NCBI GenBank assembly: GCA_004284765.1
Contig: NQJD01000009.1
Coordinates: 1 to 32,000 of the forward strand
Length of the DNA stretch: 32,000 nucleotides
Reading direction: 5' to 3'
Source: Candidatus Electronema aureum
GTDB lineage: Bacteria > Desulfobacterota > Desulfobulbia > Desulfobulbales > Desulfobulbaceae
The notes under the pieces were generated by a model. That model had not been told where the DNA came from and searched no databases. It was given only the letters and a program-made list of their open reading frames with translations. The position numbers and the translations under genes are program-made. Below are positions 15,641-24,557 of the stretch, in pieces; position 1 is the first letter of the stretch; every line of letters starts with the position of its first letter.

Positions 15641-17056
15641 ATGGCTGAAATCACCTTGCTGTGGCATGATTATGAAACGTGGGGTATTGATCCCCGCCAA
15701 GGCAGGCCTGCGCAGTTTGCCGCTGTTCGTACCAATTGTGCGCTGGAGGAAGTCGGCGCACCGCTAACGCTCTGGTGTCGTCTATCTGGTGATGTGCTGC
15801 CTGATCCCAACGCGGTGATGCTCACTGGCATTTCTCCGCAGGAGGCAGCGGCCAAAGGCACTAACGAGGCTGCCTTTTTCAGCCGAATCAACGCCGAGCT
15901 GTCGTTACCAGAAACCTGCAGAGTGGGCTACAACAGCCTTCGCTTTGACGACGAAGTCACCCGCTTTGGCTTTTATCGCAACTTCATCGACCCTTATGCC
16001 CGCGAGTGGCAAAACGGCTGCTGCCGCTGGGACATTATTGATTTAATGCGAACGGCCCATGCTTTGCGGCCCGAAGGTATTAGCTGGCCGAAACAGAACG
16101 ACGGCAGCACCAGCTTCCGACTTGATTTGCTGACCGCTGCCAACGGTATTACCCATGATGCTCACGAAGCTCTGAGTGATGTTCGCGCTACCTTGGCCTT
16201 AGCCCGCCTGATTCGTCAGCTTCAGCCTCGCCTTTACGACTACTGCTTCAATCTCCGCCAGAAAAATGAGGCGACCAAGCTGCTCAATCTGAGTAAACGC
16301 GAAATCATCCTGCATGTCAGCGGTATGTATCCAGCGGCTAAAGGCTGCATCGCACCGGTCATGCCGCTACTTCAACATCCACGCAACAAGAGCGAAATCA
16401 TTGTCTATGACCTCCGTCAGTCGCCGCAGATGCTGCTCTCCATGACCCCGAAGGAGATGGAAGAAAATCTCTATGCCCGCAGCGAGGAGATGCCAGAGGG
16501 CTTTGAGCGGCTGGCCCTGAAAGGGGTGCATATCAACAAATCGCCAGTGCTGGCCCCGATCAGCACCCTCGTGCCGGAGATGGCGGCAAAATGGCAGATC
16601 GATTGGCAACAGGCCGAGCAGCACCGGCAGCAGCTTTTGGCTGATACTACGCTGATGCAGCGACTGACCGCGCTCTATCAGCAAAGGTCAGACACGCCAC
16701 CGCCCGATGCAGATACAGCTCTCTATGAAGACTTGATTTCTGATTCTGACCGCCGCCTCTGCAACGAATTGCTGACGAAAAAACCGGCTCAGTTGGCCGC
16801 GTGGGAGCCGTCTTTTGCTGATGAACGCCTGCGCACACTCTATTTCCGCTATCGAGCGCGGAACTGGCCAGAAAGCCTAAACGCCAAGGAGCAGGAGCAA
16901 TGGCGGCATTTTTGCGAAGCCCGTTTGTTAGAAGGGCAGTTTGGTAACGAACTCACTGTTGCCAGCTATCGGCAAATTCTGGAGGAATTAGTCAGCAGCG
17001 GCGCGGCGGAGCAGCAACCAGAGCTGTTCAAACAACTGGTGGAGTGGGTGCAGTAA
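15641..17056 (+). CDS. sbcB: Exodeoxyribonuclease I
   Basis: MAEITLLWHDYETWGIDPRQGRPAQFAAVRT...GYNSLRFDDEVTRFGFYRNFIDPYAREWQNGCCRWDIIDLMR...RPEGISWP...SFRLDLL...HDAHEALSDV...YFRYRARNWP is collinear with E. coli ExoI as I remember it. AGAGGAA lies 4 nt upstream of the ATG at 15641. The ORF-track start at 15422 lies inside the IS30 element. Confidence 0.9.
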   Translation: MAEITLLWHDYETWGIDPRQGRPAQFAAVRTNCALEEVGAPLTLWCRLSGDVLPDPNAVMLTGISPQEAAAKGTNEAAFFSRINAELSLPETCRVGYNSLRFDDEVTRFGFYRNFIDPYAREWQNGCCRWDIIDLMRTAHALRPEGISWPKQNDGSTSFRLDLLTAANGITHDAHEALSDVRATLALARLIRQLQPRLYDYCFNLRQKNEATKLLNLSKREIILHVSGMYPAAKGCIAPVMPLLQHPRNKSEIIVYDLRQSPQMLLSMTPKEMEENLYARSEEMPEGFERLALKGVHINKSPVLAPISTLVPEMAAKWQIDWQQAEQHRQQLLADTTLMQRLTALYQQRSDTPPPDADTALYEDLISDSDRRLCNELLTKKPAQLAAWEPSFADERLRTLYFRYRARNWPESLNAKEQEQWRHFCEARLLEGQFGNELTVASYRQILEELVSSGAAEQQPELFKQLVEWVQ

Positions 17057-17071
17057 GGATCGGGTTCAATT

Positions 17072-17746
17072 ATGGAAAACAAGATCAAGCTACTGGCGGA
17101 ATCCCTGCTTTTTAACGGACTACCGGAATCAATGCTCCAGCAATTAGCCGCTGTCACGACGGAGCGACAGTTCAACCGAAGCGAAGCAGTTTTTTTTGAA
17201 GGTCAAGCCGCAGCGGGATTTTACCTGATCAAATCCGGGCAGGTAAAAATATTCAAGCTCTCACCTGAAGGAAAGGAGCAAATTCTGCATGTCTTTGGGC
17301 GCGGCGAACCTTTTGGCGAAGTACCAGTATTCAGCGGTCAGCTTACCTTTCCTGCCAATGCCGTCAGTCTAAGCGCGAGCGAATTACTCTTCTTTCCCAA
17401 GCAAGACTTTGTTCGTCTAATCACAGCTTCGCCAGACTTGGCTCTGTCCATGCTGGCCGTGCTTTCGCGGCGATTATGCCGTTTTGCCGCCCAAATCGAA
17501 AGTCTTTCGCTCAAAGAAGTGCCGAGCCGCGTGGCTGCCCATCTCGTCTATCTTGCCGAAACGCAGGGAAGCACGAAGCAGGTCGAATTGGACATTCCCA
17601 AGGGCCAGCTTGCCAGCCTACTCGGCACCAGCCCAGAAACTCTATCCCGCATTTTTAACAGCATGAGCGCGGAAGGATTGATCCGGGTGGAGGGTCGGCG
17701 GATTGAATTGCTCAGGTATGAGGGGCTGATTACACGGCAGGACTGA
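17072..17746 (+). CDS. Crp/Fnr-family transcriptional regulator
   Basis: cNMP-binding-type beta-roll (FFEGQAAAGFYLIKSGQVKIF...GEPFGE) and a C-terminal HTH (LASLLGTSPETLSRIFNSMSAEGLI). No N-terminal Cys cluster. Confidence 0.85.
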   Translation: MENKIKLLAESLLFNGLPESMLQQLAAVTTERQFNRSEAVFFEGQAAAGFYLIKSGQVKIFKLSPEGKEQILHVFGRGEPFGEVPVFSGQLTFPANAVSLSASELLFFPKQDFVRLITASPDLALSMLAVLSRRLCRFAAQIESLSLKEVPSRVAAHLVYLAETQGSTKQVELDIPKGQLASLLGTSPETLSRIFNSMSAEGLIRVEGRRIELLRYEGLITRQD

Positions 17747-17786
17747 ACGTTTTTTCTGTTCAAAAGCTGCCAGATGCAGTAAAGAA

Positions 17787-20483
17787 ATGTACATGATACC
17801 TTCAAAGAAAACAGTTTATCTCATCGACGGCAGCGCGTACATTTACCGCGCTTTTCACGCGGTCAAGCCGCTGCACACCAGCGGTGGCCTGCCCACCCAC
17901 GCGGTTTATGGTTTCATCAGCATCCTCCGCCGCATTCTGCGGGAGAAGCAGCCAGAGTATCTTGCTGTGGCTTTTGATACCAAAGGGCCGGTGTTCCGGC
18001 ATCAAATCTCCCCGGATTACAAGGCCAACCGTCCGGCCATGCCGGATGATTTGGTCGTCCAAATTCCTTATATCCGCCGGATAACCGAAGCGTACAGCAT
18101 CCTCAGTATGGCGGCGGACGACTTGGAGGCCGATGATCTGCTTGCCTCAGCGGCGAGGCTGCTGGTTAGCCAAGGCTGCAAGGTGATCGTGGTGTCCGGT
18201 GACAAAGACCTGCTGCAATTGGTCGGCGAGGACATCACTTGCTGGGACCCGATGAGCGACAAGGTCATGGATACCGCTGCGGTCGAGGAAAAATACGGCC
18301 TTGGTCCGTCCCAGCTGCTTGACTACTTCGCCCTGATCGGCGATGCCTCCGACCATATCAGCGGTGTGCCGGGCGTGGGGCCGAAGACCGCGCAGAAGCT
18401 GATTGCCGAATATAGGACGCTGGAAGGCTTGTATGAGCAGGCTGCCGGGCTGAAGAAATCCAAGGTCAAAGAAAATCTGCTGACTCACCGCGAGGCCGCT
18501 TTTCTTTCCCGCGAGCTGGTGCGTCTCCAAGAAAAGGCGGTGGTGGAGGCAGATGTAGAAGCATACCGGGTGACTGCGCCTGATACCGAGGCTCTGCGCA
18601 CGCTGCTCACCGAGCTGGAATTCACCAGCCTGCTCAAAAGCGATGTGCCTGCCGCCGGATTGGACACCGCAGGGTTTCAGCTCATCACACGCCGCGACGC
18701 GCTGGAGCGGCTGGCGGCGGAACTGCGCACAGCGGAATATTTGGTCATAGACACCGAAACCACCTCGCTTGACCCGCTCCAAGCCGAGCTGGTCGGCCTT
18801 TCTCTTTGCACCGGCATCGGGCAGGCGTGGTATTTGCCCTGCGGCCACCGCGACGCGCTCGGCCAACTCTTGCCTGAACAGCTTCATCGGCAAGATATTT
18901 TGGAGCTTGTCGGCCCGCTACTTGCTGATGACCGTTTGCCGAAGATCGGCCATAATCTCAAGTATGATTACGCTGTCTTGGCCGCGCCACAGAACGGCGG
19001 ACTGCGGGTAGCCGGGCCGCTCTGGGACACGATGATTGGAGCGTGGCTGCTTGATCCAAACCGCCACTCTTATAAATTAGACGACCTCTGCTTGGAGCAG
19101 GGCTTCAAGCTTACCTCCTTCGCCGAAGTGACCGAGGCAAGCAAGGCGGCGGATGCTTTCTGCCGGGTGCCGCCGGAAAAGGCAAAGGATTACAGCTGTG
19201 AAGATGTGCAAGGCAGTCTGCGCCTCTTCTTGGAGCAGCGGCCTCAGCTGGAGCAGCAGGGGCTGCTCCAGCTCTTCACCGAAGTGGAAGGGCAGCTAAT
19301 TCCGGTGCTGGCGGACATGGAACGCAGCGGGATCCTTATTGATCTGGAGCTACTTGGCCAGCTTTCGGACGACTTCGCTGCCCAGCTGTCCCTGTTGGAG
19401 ACAGAGATTCACTTGGCGGCAGGCCATCCTTTCAACATCAACTCGCCCCAGCAGTTGGCCGAGGTGCTGTTTGAGGAGCTGAATCTGCCCAGAGATCGTA
19501 AGACCAAGACCGGCTATTCCACTGATGTGCGGGTGCTGGAGAAACTGGCTTGGCGGCACGAGCTACCTGCCCTGATTGTCCGCTTCCGCAACCTTGCCAA
19601 GCTGAAATCCACCTACGTTGACAAGCTGCCGGAGCACGTTAGCCCGATCAGTGGTCGCGTGCATTCCTCCTTCAATCAGTGCGGCACCGCCACCGGCAGG
19701 CTCAGTTCCAGCAATCCGAATTTGCAGAACATCCCCATTCGCAGCGAGGAAGGTCGCCTTATTCGCTCCGCCTTTATTGCCCAGCCCGGCTGCCTGCTGC
19801 TGGCTGCCGATTATTCGCAGATTGATCTGCGGGTGCTGGCTCATTACAGTAATGATGCTGACCTGTTGGAAGCGTTCAAGAAGGATGAGGATATCCACGC
19901 CCGGACAGCGGCAGACATCTTCCGGGTTTCCCGTAGCCTCATTACCCCGGAGATGCGCCGGATCGCCAAAAGCATCAACTTCGGTATCGTTTATGGTATG
20001 TCCAGCTTTGGTCTGTCCGAGCAGCTGGGCATCAGCCGCCGCGAGGCGCAGCTCTTCATCGACCGCTATTTCGAGCATTACCCCGGCATCAAACAGTTCA
20101 TGGAGGCGGTGATTGAGCAGGCCCGCAGGGATGGTTATGTCAGCTGCCTGCTCGGCAGGCGCAGGCAGCTGCCGGAAATTAACAGCTCTAACCGCACTCG
20201 GCGGGAATTTGCCGAGCGGACGGCGATCAACACGCCGATTCAAGGTACAGCCTCAGATATCATCAAATTAGCCATGCTCAAGGCGCACGAAGAGCTGAAG
20301 AATAGGCAGTTTCGGGCCAAGCTGCTGCTGCAAATTCATGACGAATTAGTCTTTGAAGTGCCGGAAGAGGAGATTGAAGCGGTCTCAGCTTGGATCGTGC
20401 CGCTGATGGAATCGGTATTGGAACTGGCCGTGCCGCTGAGGGTGAATGCGAGAGCGGGGCTGCGTCTTGACAGGGCCTATTAA
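17787..20483 (+). CDS. polA: DNA polymerase I
   Basis: 5' nuclease (YLIDGSAYIYRAFHA), 3'-5' exo (VIDTETTSLDP), polymerase motifs A (LLAADYSQIDLRVLAH), B (RRIAKSINFGIVYGMS) and C (LLLQIHDELVFEV). 898 aa. Confidence 0.95.
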   Translation: MYMIPSKKTVYLIDGSAYIYRAFHAVKPLHTSGGLPTHAVYGFISILRRILREKQPEYLAVAFDTKGPVFRHQISPDYKANRPAMPDDLVVQIPYIRRITEAYSILSMAADDLEADDLLASAARLLVSQGCKVIVVSGDKDLLQLVGEDITCWDPMSDKVMDTAAVEEKYGLGPSQLLDYFALIGDASDHISGVPGVGPKTAQKLIAEYRTLEGLYEQAAGLKKSKVKENLLTHREAAFLSRELVRLQEKAVVEADVEAYRVTAPDTEALRTLLTELEFTSLLKSDVPAAGLDTAGFQLITRRDALERLAAELRTAEYLVIDTETTSLDPLQAELVGLSLCTGIGQAWYLPCGHRDALGQLLPEQLHRQDILELVGPLLADDRLPKIGHNLKYDYAVLAAPQNGGLRVAGPLWDTMIGAWLLDPNRHSYKLDDLCLEQGFKLTSFAEVTEASKAADAFCRVPPEKAKDYSCEDVQGSLRLFLEQRPQLEQQGLLQLFTEVEGQLIPVLADMERSGILIDLELLGQLSDDFAAQLSLLETEIHLAAGHPFNINSPQQLAEVLFEELNLPRDRKTKTGYSTDVRVLEKLAWRHELPALIVRFRNLAKLKSTYVDKLPEHVSPISGRVHSSFNQCGTATGRLSSSNPNLQNIPIRSEEGRLIRSAFIAQPGCLLLAADYSQIDLRVLAHYSNDADLLEAFKKDEDIHARTAADIFRVSRSLITPEMRRIAKSINFGIVYGMSSFGLSEQLGISRREAQLFIDRYFEHYPGIKQFMEAVIEQARRDGYVSCLLGRRRQLPEINSSNRTRREFAERTAINTPIQGTASDIIKLAMLKAHEELKNRQFRAKLLLQIHDELVFEVPEEEIEAVSAWIVPLMESVLELAVPLRVNARAGLRLDRAY

Positions 20484-20699
20484 CACTATTTAACCTAACT
20501 TGTGGGATAATGAAGCGTAAACCTCTTGCGTATACAAGGGGCAAAAAATCTTTTGCCTCTCCGCCAATGCCCTGATTGGTGTCTCCACCAACGGACTGTT
20601 CATGGGCACAGGAAAGAGAGCAGCGGCATGGCCTTGGGCTGTTGCCGCCAAATGCAGCCCACCTAGTGTTAAGAGGACATCGTAAGGAGGAACAAACTC

Positions 20700-21155
20700 A
20701 TGTCGAACGAGGAGAAAAATCTGCTGCTGGTTGAAGACAGCGACGATCATGCCGAGCTAACCGAGTTCTATATCAAAGACTGCTGTCCGGCCATCCACGT
20801 CAATCGCCTGCGCGATGGTGCCGAGGCGATGGCCTACATTGAGCAGGCAAATAGCACGGAACAGGCGTTACCTTGGTTGGTGCTACTTGATCTCAAGCTG
20901 CCCAAGTATGACGGTCACGAAGTGCTGGCCCGGATGAAGTGCAGCGGCAAGTTAGCAAAAATCCCGGTGGTCATCTTTTCTACCTCCAATTCCAGCAAAG
21001 ACATCGAACGTGCCCTCAATAGCCACGCCAACAGCTACATCGTCAAGCCAATGGAGGCAGACGGATACGGGGCAGTCATCAGCGAAATAATCCATTATTG
21101 GCAGCTGAACGAACATCATCATCTTCTCTGCGAACAACGCCACGCCGATGCCTGA
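20700..21155 (+). CDS. Single-domain response regulator (REC only)
   Basis: LLLVEDSDDHAEL...LVLLDLKLPKYDG...VVIFSTS...ANSYIVKP. Strong RBS TAAGGAGG upstream. Confidence 0.85.
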   Translation: MSNEEKNLLLVEDSDDHAELTEFYIKDCCPAIHVNRLRDGAEAMAYIEQANSTEQALPWLVLLDLKLPKYDGHEVLARMKCSGKLAKIPVVIFSTSNSSKDIERALNSHANSYIVKPMEADGYGAVISEIIHYWQLNEHHHLLCEQRHADA

Positions 21156-23748
21156 GCGAAACCTGCATATCCTCCTGATCGAGGATAACGAGGATCATGC
21201 CGACCTCTTCAAAGCGAATCTGTCGATGACTGCCTATGCAGGCTCAGAGGTGATTCGGCAGGAGACCCTGCGGGCTGGGGTGGAGGAATTAGAGAGTAGG
21301 CATTTTGATTTGCTCTTCATTGACCTCTCGCTCAAGGACAGCACCATCACAGAGACCTTAGACCGGTTGCGGGATTTAGGCTGTGGCTGTCCGACCATTG
21401 TTCTCACCTCACTCGACGACAAGCGTACCATTCTCGATATTATTAAAAAAGGCGCGGATGACTGCTTGCCCAAGTCAGAGATGAATGATGTCCTGCTCGA
21501 ACGGATCATTCATTTCAACCTCGACCGCTGGAGGCTGCGGCAAGAGCTGTTCAGCAGCAAGGAGGCGTACAAAGACCTGTATCATAACTCGCCCAACATG
21601 CTCGGCTGCACTGATGCAAAAACTCGCAGAGTTTTGAGCTGCAATCAGACCTTTGCCGATACATTAGGCTATCAATCAGATGAAATCATTGGCAGGGAGA
21701 TTTACGCCTTTTATCATCATGACTGCTGGGATCAGTATAACAAGATTTTCACGACGTTTATCACTTCAGGGATCATCAGCAATGCTGAGTTACAGATGGT
21801 GAGGAAAGACGGCAGTACGATTGACGTGTTACTCAATGCCTCATCGGTGCGTAATGAAAAGGGAGAGATTCTTCATTCTCGTTCCACTTGGGTCGATATC
21901 ACTGAACGAAAAGCGGCAGGAAGAAAACTCAGGGAAATACAGAAATTCAATCGACTGATCATTGAAACCATACCAGATTTACTCTGGCTCAAGGATGCAA
22001 AGGGTGTTTATTTGATCTGCAATCCCCGCGTGGAGCAGTTATTCGGCGCACCAGAAGCGGAGATTGTCGGCAAAACCGATTATGATTTTACTGACAAGGA
22101 ACAGGCAGATACCTGCCGGGAAAGCGACTTGTTAGCTGCCGCTGCGGGCAGAGCATTGATGAATGAAGAATGGGTCACGTTTGCTGCGGATGGAAAAAAA
22201 TTGCTGTTGGAAATCACCAAAGTACCGCTCTTCGATGAACAAGGAAAAAGAGTGGCAGTGATGGGCATTGGCCACGACATCACCGAACGGCATGAGGCAG
22301 CTCAGAAGGCTGAGGCAGCCAACAAAGCCAAATCGGTTTTTCTCTCCAACATGAGCCATGAATTGCGCACTCCGCTCAACGCGATTCTCGGCTACACGCA
22401 AATCTTTTTGAGTGATGACTCGCTCAGGCCCCGGCAGCGGAGTGGGATCAGCACGATTCATCAGGCTGGTGAGCATTTGCTCCTACTGATTAATGACGTT
22501 CTTGATATCTCAAGGATTGAATCAGGCAAGTTAGAGCTGATTGAAACCGAGTTTTGTTTGACTCCCTTTATTAAGGGGATTCGAGAGATCATGAAGCTGC
22601 GGGCCAGAGATAAAGGGCTTGATTTCCGCGATGAGGCTACCGAGTTGCCTGCGGTGATCATTGCCGATGAATTGCGCCTACGGCAGGTAATTCTGAACTT
22701 GCTCTCTAACTCGGTTAAATTCACCCACAGCGGCTGGTGCTCTCTCCAAGTTAACGCTGAACCGGCAGGCCACGGCAAGGTGCGGCTGCATATCGCGGTG
22801 GAGGATAGCGGCGCAGGTATTTCTGCTGAAGATCAAAAGCTGGTCTTTGAACCCTTCCTTCAGGTGGGCGAGCGGCTTCAGCACCGGGAAGGCACCGGCT
22901 TGGGCTTGGCAATCAGCCGGGAGTTGGTGCGACTGATGGGCGGCGAACTCCAGCTCATTAGCCCGATTAACAAGACTGCACAAAACGGCACTGGGCTAGG
23001 CAGCCGCTTCTTCTTCAGCATTGAGGTGCCGATTTCCGAGCATAGGGCCATTGCTGCCCAGCAACACCGCAAGGTAACAGGCTATACCTGCCTGCGCCGG
23101 TCTGATGAGCCGCGCCGGGTGCTGGTGGTGGATGATAAATTATCCAACCGGGCTGTGTTGCGTGATACCTTGGAGCCGCTTGGCTTTGTTGTCCAGGAGG
23201 CGACTGATGGCATTGAAGTGCCATCAGCCTGCCAACGCTTCCGGCCTGATATTATTTTAATGGATTTGCGGATGCCAAAAGTCGATGGCTTTGCTGCTGC
23301 TGACCTGCTCAAAGAGCAAGAGGAATTCCGCCATATCCCAGTGATCGCTGTCACAGCCTCCATTGCTGAGGGGGAAGCCTTTCGTCAGCGTTGTTTACAG
23401 CATGGTTTTGCCGATTACATTCACAAGCCGTTCTCTGCGGGCGAGCTACTGGAAATTATGGCCGCGCATCTTCAGGTTGAGTTGGCCTACAGTGAACCGG
23501 TCTTGCCAACAGCAGCCCCGGAAGCGATGATTCTGCCACCTCAAGAGCTGTTAGATGAACTGACTTGGCTGGCTGAAATCGGCGAAATTCAAGGTATCAT
23601 CGAAAAATCAGCAGAGATTGCTGGGTTAGAGGCAGGAAAATACCGAGCCTTTGCCCGTCAGGTACAAGAGCTGGCTGAAGATTTCCAGTTTGAGGCACTT
23701 CAGAATTTGATTTCCCCTGCCAAGAAGGAACAAACATGCACTCTATGA
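21148..23748 (+). CDS. Hybrid sensor histidine kinase: REC - PAS - PAS - HisKA - HATPase_c - REC - His-less C-terminal extension
   Basis: N-terminal REC (ILLIEDNEDHADL...LLFIDLSL), PAS-like segments, H-box SHELRTPLNAILGY, N/G boxes (LLSNSVKFT, DSGAGI, GTGLGLAI), second REC (VLVVDDKLSNR...IILMDLRMPKVDG). The ATG overlaps the upstream stop. Confidence 0.9.
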   Translation: MPERNLHILLIEDNEDHADLFKANLSMTAYAGSEVIRQETLRAGVEELESRHFDLLFIDLSLKDSTITETLDRLRDLGCGCPTIVLTSLDDKRTILDIIKKGADDCLPKSEMNDVLLERIIHFNLDRWRLRQELFSSKEAYKDLYHNSPNMLGCTDAKTRRVLSCNQTFADTLGYQSDEIIGREIYAFYHHDCWDQYNKIFTTFITSGIISNAELQMVRKDGSTIDVLLNASSVRNEKGEILHSRSTWVDITERKAAGRKLREIQKFNRLIIETIPDLLWLKDAKGVYLICNPRVEQLFGAPEAEIVGKTDYDFTDKEQADTCRESDLLAAAAGRALMNEEWVTFAADGKKLLLEITKVPLFDEQGKRVAVMGIGHDITERHEAAQKAEAANKAKSVFLSNMSHELRTPLNAILGYTQIFLSDDSLRPRQRSGISTIHQAGEHLLLLINDVLDISRIESGKLELIETEFCLTPFIKGIREIMKLRARDKGLDFRDEATELPAVIIADELRLRQVILNLLSNSVKFTHSGWCSLQVNAEPAGHGKVRLHIAVEDSGAGISAEDQKLVFEPFLQVGERLQHREGTGLGLAISRELVRLMGGELQLISPINKTAQNGTGLGSRFFFSIEVPISEHRAIAAQQHRKVTGYTCLRRSDEPRRVLVVDDKLSNRAVLRDTLEPLGFVVQEATDGIEVPSACQRFRPDIILMDLRMPKVDGFAAADLLKEQEEFRHIPVIAVTASIAEGEAFRQRCLQHGFADYIHKPFSAGELLEIMAAHLQVELAYSEPVLPTAAPEAMILPPQELLDELTWLAEIGEIQGIIEKSAEIAGLEAGKYRAFARQVQELAEDFQFEALQNLISPAKKEQTCTL

Positions 23749-24368
23749 AAGACGCGATCCTTGTTGTTGACGATCAGCCCGCCAACCTGAAGGTGCTGCT
23801 CTCCTTTCTCCAGACGCACAATTTTCAGATTTATATCGCTGACAGCGGCACCCGGGCATTGCATGTCCTTAGCAAGGTCATCCCCGACTTAGTCCTCTTA
23901 GATGTAATGATGCCAGATATTGATGGCTTTGAAACTTGCCGCCGAATTAAGGCTGATCAGCGCCTGACTGGCGTGCCAGTGATCTTCATGACGGCCTTAG
24001 ATAGCGTCGAAGACAAGGTAGCTGGTTTTACCGCTGGCGGGGTAGATTACATCACCAAGCCGTTTCAGCAGGTTGAGGTGCTGGCCCGAATTAAGACTCA
24101 CATTATGCTGCGGAAACGGGAACGGGAGATAGAGCAGGCTTTAGCCGAAATCAAGACGCTCACCGGCATTCTTCCCATCTGCTCGTACTGCAAGCAAATC
24201 CGCAACGACAAGGGCTATTGGCAGCAGGTGGAGGAATACATCGGCCAACACTCGCAGGCTTTGTTCAGCCACGGTCTTTGCCCGGATTGTTATAAGAAGG
24301 AAATGGACAGCTTTCTGGAGCTAACCGGCCAAAGGAAAAGCAAAGCGCAGGAAGCAGAGGGCAACTGA
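23745..24368 (+). CDS. Response regulator with C-terminal Cys-rich PICxxCKxIRxDxGxW...SHGxCPxC domain
   Basis: REC (ILVVDDQPANL...LVLLDVMMPDIDG...ITKP), then LPICSYCKQIRNDKGYWQQVEEYIGQHSQALFSHGLCPDCYKK. Start chosen at the ATGA overlap (23745) with the kinase stop; the ORF track gives 23736. Confidence 0.85.
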   Translation: MKDAILVVDDQPANLKVLLSFLQTHNFQIYIADSGTRALHVLSKVIPDLVLLDVMMPDIDGFETCRRIKADQRLTGVPVIFMTALDSVEDKVAGFTAGGVDYITKPFQQVEVLARIKTHIMLRKREREIEQALAEIKTLTGILPICSYCKQIRNDKGYWQQVEEYIGQHSQALFSHGLCPDCYKKEMDSFLELTGQRKSKAQEAEGN

Positions 24369-24557
24369 CTTTTCGCTACCTGAGCAGACGGAATACGCCC
24401 AATAAACACTACGCTGTTCCCCTCGCAGCAGTTTTTCCCTGTTCTTTTGCGGCGCGTTATAGTATGGAGAATGGAGTGCTTCGGTTGTCCGGTGTTCCTC
24501 TTGCTTTTTTGCGCGACAGACAGAGGCTTTCGTTGAATAATTCACTCAAAGAGAAGA

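Noticed and set aside
18147-20243. Minus-strand ORFs 18147-18893 (248 aa) and 19563-20243 (226 aa) inside polA
   Set aside because: They are antisense to a gene with all polymerase I motifs, and their composition is typical of GC-rich antisense frames.
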